A DNA stretch of 64,000 nucleotides from a virus, in the IMG/VR virus record IMGVR_UViG_3300021964_012561, positions 50,637 through 114,636 of that record. The stretch is one strand, 5' to 3'. Both the position numbers and the translations under genes were made by a program. Shown here piece after piece: positions 60,028 through 64,000 of the stretch; the stretch's first letter is position 1; every line of letters begins with the position of its first letter. The notes under the pieces were generated by a model, which was given only the letters and a program-made list of their open reading frames with translations, was not told where the DNA came from and ran no database searches.

Positions 60028-60092
60028 AAAAGTCAGTTAAGATTTAAAATTTGGCGCCTAATTAGTTTTAAACAGTAAAGCAAGGAATAACA

Positions 60093-60578
60093 ATGAAAAT
60101 TTCTAGAAAAAACTTAAACAAACTAATTAGGCGTCATCTTATTAATGAAGGAATACTTGATACAATATCAGGTGCAATTTCAGGTGCAGCTGAAGGCCTC
60201 ACAAATATATTTACACGAGGAGCTGTTAAGTCAACAATGGTAAAAGCTTCATCAGAAGATGCCTATCAGCTTTTTAATGCAATGCAGGGATTAGGAACAA
60301 CTGAATCTGTTGTGAAAGACATTATTAGAAGAAGAGAACTAGAACAATCTTTGGTTGGATTATATGATGAATATAACAATCTTTTAAAGTTTTTTAATGA
60401 TGACTTTTGGGGAAAATATTCTATTAACAGCCTAATGAAGGCATCACAGTGGGATGGAGACTTGATTTCTTGGCTAGAAGGCGACGGCATGGATGAAGAA
60501 GCTAGGCTAGTTAAAGATGCATTAATAAAGGCAGATAAAAAAAGAGAAGAGGTTGACATAACACTTTTTGGCATGTAA
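60093..60578 (+). CDS. Leader-bearing protein with one annexin-like repeat
   Basis: MKISRKNLNKLIRRHLINE; DAYQLFNAMQGLGTTESVVKDIIRRR..DLISWLEGD. Confidence 0.7.
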   Translation: MKISRKNLNKLIRRHLINEGILDTISGAISGAAEGLTNIFTRGAVKSTMVKASSEDAYQLFNAMQGLGTTESVVKDIIRRRELEQSLVGLYDEYNNLLKFFNDDFWGKYSINSLMKASQWDGDLISWLEGDGMDEEARLVKDALIKADKKREEVDITLFGM

Positions 60579-60604
60579 TTTTAAATTTAAATTATTTAAA
60601 ACTT

Positions 60605-60629
60605 AAAGACCTTTAAAAGGTCTTTTTTT
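60605..60629 (+). terminator. Rho-independent terminator
   Basis: AAAGACCTT-TAA-AAGGTCTTT followed by a T run. Confidence 0.7.
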
Positions 60630-60656
60630 GTATATCTTAAAGTAGTAAAGTATAAT
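60628..60656 (+). promoter_or_regulatory. Sigma70-type promoter of recA operon
   Basis: TTGTAT-17 nt-TATAAT. Confidence 0.65.
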
Positions 60657-60676
60657 CAAAACAAAAAGGAGAAAAA

Positions 60677-61831
60677 ATGCCAAGTGATGATTTTACTAAA
60701 GACCTAATAAAGTCACTTAATAAAGAAAAAGGTGCAAGAGTTGCTTACAACCTCGCAGTTGATGATAGCCCAACTCACGTTAAAAGGTGGGTCAGTACAG
60801 GTAGTCAAATGTTAGACTATATTTGTGCTAATCAAAAAGGAGGCGGTTTACCTGAGGGTCGTATTGTAGAAATATTTGGACCTCCTTCGATTGGTAAATC
60901 ACATATCGCAACACAATTAGCACGTTCAACTCAACAAATGGGTGGAATTGTTGTATACATAGATACAGAAAATGCAACATCAGTTGATAATCTTCGTGCG
61001 CTAGGCGTCGATGTATCCTCACGTTTTGTATACGTTGATACACATTGTACAGAAGAAGTACTTTCAATTGCAGAAAAAACAATTCTTAAAGCCAAAGCAT
61101 TAGATAAAGATGTTCCTGTTACAATTATATGGGATTCAGTTGCTGCAACATCTCCAAAAGCTGAATTGTTAGGTGATTATGACAAAGAATCTATTGGTCT
61201 TCAAGCTCGTGCAATTTCTAAGGGTATGAGAAAAATAACAGGTGTTATTGGTCAAACTAATTCACTTTTAATTTGTCTTAATCAAATTCGAACTAAAGTT
61301 GGTGTAATGTATGGTGATCCAACAACAACTCCTGGCGGAAAAGCAATTCCATTTCATAGTTCAATTCGAATCAAACTAGGTGCCGGCCAACCAATTAAAG
61401 ATGGTGATGACGTAATTGGCATCAATGTTTCAGCAAAAACAATTAAAAATAAGGTTGCTCCTCCATTCCGAACAGCTAAATTTCAAATTCATTTTGGAAA
61501 AGGAATTGTTGAACACGAAGAGCTATTTGATTTGTTAAGAAAGCATGGTGAAGAGATAATTAATAACAAATCAATTAAGATCGCAGGTAGTGGACAATGG
61601 AAGAATTTTCAGGTTGTTTGTTGTGAGTCAGGCGAAGTACTTATTGAGAAAAAATTTAGAAAAACTGCTTTCAATGAATTAATGAAAGACCCTGATTACA
61701 AACCTTATCTCGATCAATTGGTAGAAAAAGCAATGGTAAAAGTTATGACAACAACTGATGGTATTGATATTGATGCAGAATCTTTATCAGAACTAGAAGC
61801 ATTACAAGCGGAAATGTTTGATGGCGAATAA
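60677..61831 (+). CDS. recA: RecA/UvsX-family recombinase
   Basis: GGLPEGRIVEIFGPPSIGKS, YIDTE, WDSVAA, NQIR, TTPGGKA, KNKVAPPF. Confidence 0.95.
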   Translation: MPSDDFTKDLIKSLNKEKGARVAYNLAVDDSPTHVKRWVSTGSQMLDYICANQKGGGLPEGRIVEIFGPPSIGKSHIATQLARSTQQMGGIVVYIDTENATSVDNLRALGVDVSSRFVYVDTHCTEEVLSIAEKTILKAKALDKDVPVTIIWDSVAATSPKAELLGDYDKESIGLQARAISKGMRKITGVIGQTNSLLICLNQIRTKVGVMYGDPTTTPGGKAIPFHSSIRIKLGAGQPIKDGDDVIGINVSAKTIKNKVAPPFRTAKFQIHFGKGIVEHEELFDLLRKHGEEIINNKSIKIAGSGQWKNFQVVCCESGEVLIEKKFRKTAFNELMKDPDYKPYLDQLVEKAMVKVMTTTDGIDIDAESLSELEALQAEMFDGE

Positions 61832-62774
61832 TCGCTGTCTTATTGTAGATGCCTACAATCTTTTTATTAGGCACTATGTTGCAAACCCAACAATGTCAAA
61901 AAACGGTGAACAAATCGGTGGCATTGTTGGGTTTTATAATAATTTAACAAAACTAATTGACAAGACCAATGCAAAAGATGTTTATATTATTTGGGAAGGC
62001 GGTGGTTCTGTCAGAAAAAAGAATGTTTATTCAGATTATAAAAGGCAGTCTCGCCCTGTCAAACTAAACAGGTATTATGATGACATACCTGACACTATGC
62101 AAAATAGAAATTATCAAATTAAAACCTTGATAAAATTTCTTGATAACTTTCCTGTGACGCAGTTATACGTGGAGGGTTCTGAAGCTGATGATGTTATTGG
62201 ATACCTATGCAAATACCGTTTTAAATCCAGACCTAAGGTGATTCTATCCTCAGATCATGATTATTATCAATTGCTCGACAATTTAACAATAATTTATTCA
62301 CCTACTTTAAAGTCTTTTGTTAATGAAAAATTTGTAATAGATAAATTTGGAATTCACCCAAGTAATTTTGCGTTAGCTAAAGCAATTGTAGGTGACAATT
62401 CAGATAATATTCCTGGTGTTCCTGGTGCAGGATTTAAAACGCTGGTAAAAGAATATGGCAATTTATTTCAAAATCCTGATTTTGATTCAAATCGTTTTCA
62501 ATTGTTTATTGAAAATTCAGCTAAAATGGAAAAATCTAAAAAGAAAATATATCGCAGTATTAAAGAAAACGAGGATATGATTGAAAGAAACTTTAAAGTT
62601 ATTAATCTTGACGTCGATAACTTAGCACATTACCAAATTAATAAACTTGAACAAAAACTTGAAAACCATCAAAAAACATATAATAATATAAACATACATA
62701 AATTACTAAATGAAAATGCAATTAACAGTATTGATGTCTACAATACAAAAATAATTTACAATAGACTACTATGA
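61818..62774 (+). CDS. 5'-3' exonuclease / RNase H (FEN-like, T4 rnh)
   Basis: LIVDAYN, YSDYK..R, EADDVIG, SSDHDYYQ, GDNSDNIPGVPGAG; start is TTG 61818 or ATG 61821. Confidence 0.92.
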   Translation: MMANNRCLIVDAYNLFIRHYVANPTMSKNGEQIGGIVGFYNNLTKLIDKTNAKDVYIIWEGGGSVRKKNVYSDYKRQSRPVKLNRYYDDIPDTMQNRNYQIKTLIKFLDNFPVTQLYVEGSEADDVIGYLCKYRFKSRPKVILSSDHDYYQLLDNLTIIYSPTLKSFVNEKFVIDKFGIHPSNFALAKAIVGDNSDNIPGVPGAGFKTLVKEYGNLFQNPDFDSNRFQLFIENSAKMEKSKKKIYRSIKENEDMIERNFKVINLDVDNLAHYQINKLEQKLENHQKTYNNINIHKLLNENAINSIDVYNTKIIYNRLL

Positions 62775-62781
62775 GGTACTA

Positions 62782-64000
62782 ATGAACATGTCCCCCGACC
62801 ATGTTGAAAGTTACTTTTCTAAATACGGACGACCGTTTCAAGAAAAGATTTTCCAAGCTATGTTGTCCGATCATACATGGGCAGCACAAATGATTGAAGT
62901 AATGACACCTGAGTATTTTGAACTAAAATACTTGACTTATCTTTGCGATCGACATTTTGGTTTTTATCATAAATATAAAAATTTTCCAACCCTTCAGTTA
63001 CTTGTTTCAATAATCAGAGATGAATTATCATCTGGCGACGATGTTATACTTCGTGAACAAGTAATTGAGTTTCTTTCGCGTGTTAAAAATCAAGGTAACG
63101 AAGGCGACCTTGAATACGTTAAAGAAAAAACATTAGATTTTTGCAAAAAGCAAGTTCTTAAGCAAGCTTTAGAAGATTGCGTTCAAGCCATAACAGCAGA
63201 AAATTATGAGTCAGTTTTGAGTATCATGAAAGATGCTGTTTCAAAAGGAACACCATCCACAATTGGACATGATTTCTTTGAAGATTATGAAGCACGCTTT
63301 ACTCGATTAACTCGTGTATGTTGCCCAACAGGTTTGGATCCTTTGGACAAAAAAGAAGTCCTAAATGGAGGTCTTGCACGTGGCGAAATAGGAGTTATTA
63401 CTGCACCAACAGGAGTTGGTAAATCACATTGGCTAGTTCATTGCGGCGCTGAGGCTCTTAAGCGTGGAAAAAACGTTTTACACTATACTTTCGAGCTAAC
63501 AGAAACAGCCGTAGGCGTTCGATATGACTCTCACCTTTGTGGTATTAACTCAACTGATGTCATCGACAAAAAAGAAGAAATTTTGAGTAGGTATGAAGGA
63601 AACGATTACGGACGATTGATAATTAAAGAATACCCGACAGGATCAGCGAGTATTATCACAATTAAGAATCATTTGGAGAAATTGGCAATGAAAGATTTCA
63701 AACCTGGATTAATCGTCATTGATTATGCAGACATTATGAGATCGACACGTCAATATGATTCTTTGCGTCATGAGCTTAAGTTGATTTATGAGGAATTAAG
63801 AAACTTAGCGATGGAACTAAAAATACCAATTTGGACAGCATCGCAAGCTAATAGAGAAGCCTCTGATAAAGAAGTTGTAGGTCTTGGCAATATGTCTGAA
63901 GCATATGGAAAAGCTATGGTTGCCGACGTTGTTCTTTCAATATCACGCAAACAATTAGAAAAAGCAACAGGAGCTGCACGCCTGTTCGTTGCAAAAAATC
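62782..64000 (+). CDS. Replicative DNA helicase (DnaB/gp41-like), 3'-truncated by the window
   Basis: Not in ORF track; translated by hand: SD GAGGT, LNGGLARGEIGVITAPTGVGKSH, FEL, IKEYPTG, IVIDYADIM, WTASQANR. Confidence 0.93.
   Translation, partial: MNMSPDHVESYFSKYGRPFQEKIFQAMLSDHTWAAQMIEVMTPEYFELKYLTYLCDRHFGFYHKYKNFPTLQLLVSIIRDELSSGDDVILREQVIEFLSRVKNQGNEGDLEYVKEKTLDFCKKQVLKQALEDCVQAITAENYESVLSIMKDAVSKGTPSTIGHDFFEDYEARFTRLTRVCCPTGLDPLDKKEVLNGGLARGEIGVITAPTGVGKSHWLVHCGAEALKRGKNVLHYTFELTETAVGVRYDSHLCGINSTDVIDKKEEILSRYEGNDYGRLIIKEYPTGSASIITIKNHLEKLAMKDFKPGLIVIDYADIMRSTRQYDSLRHELKLIYEELRNLAMELKIPIWTASQANREASDKEVVGLGNMSEAYGKAMVADVVLSISRKQLEKATGAARLFVAKN

Noticed and set aside
1-64000. Genome-wide stop-codon reassignment (TGA=Trp/Gly or TAG=Gln) as the explanation for the 34717 TGA
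   Set aside because: Core genes are intact in code 11, Trp is TGG throughout, and TGA and TAG end other genes cleanly (e.g. ATGA overlaps at 33146, 33520, 48952, 52886). The read-through is site-specific.
17987-64000. Inteins or group I introns in terminase, RecA, primase or helicase
   Set aside because: Proteins are of normal length with contiguous motifs; no intein-like insertions seen.
1-64000. CRISPR array, rRNA, tRNA, integrase or IS elements
   Set aside because: No regularly spaced repeats or recognisable motifs; intergenic spaces are too short.

Overview
This is an AT-rich, densely coded, almost entirely plus-strand segment of a large T4-like (myovirus, probably jumbo) bacteriophage genome. 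Gene order: baseplate/collar-type structural genes; RuvC-like resolvase, primase, a PAP2-Fic fusion and a fused Mre11-Rad50 (gp47-gp46); the head module (terminase, portal, prohead protease, scaffold, major capsid); about 7 kb of small accessory genes; neck proteins, two tandem tail sheaths, tube, chaperone pair, tape measure and baseplate; then replication genes (mini PolA-like, SSB, RecA, 5'-3' exonuclease, DnaB-like helicase running off the end). Two signals stand out. (1) The ORF at 33871 continues in frame for 125 codons past a lone TGA (34717-34719) that is followed by a bacterial-SECIS-like hairpin, making it a candidate phage-encoded selenoprotein. (2) At least 11 unrelated proteins share an N-terminal leader MK(L/I)(T/S/N)RxxL(R/K)xLIxE ending at prohead-protease-type (L/I)xE sites. 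This suggests a capsid-loading tag for a cargo set that includes the selenoprotein, an annexin-like protein, an HNH nuclease and Cys-rich metal binders. Also seen: a probable +1/-2 frameshift in the tail chaperone, a nested start in the scaffold gene, a structured 5' leader RNA and two promoter classes. All product calls come from motif recognition and synteny; no database searches were run.
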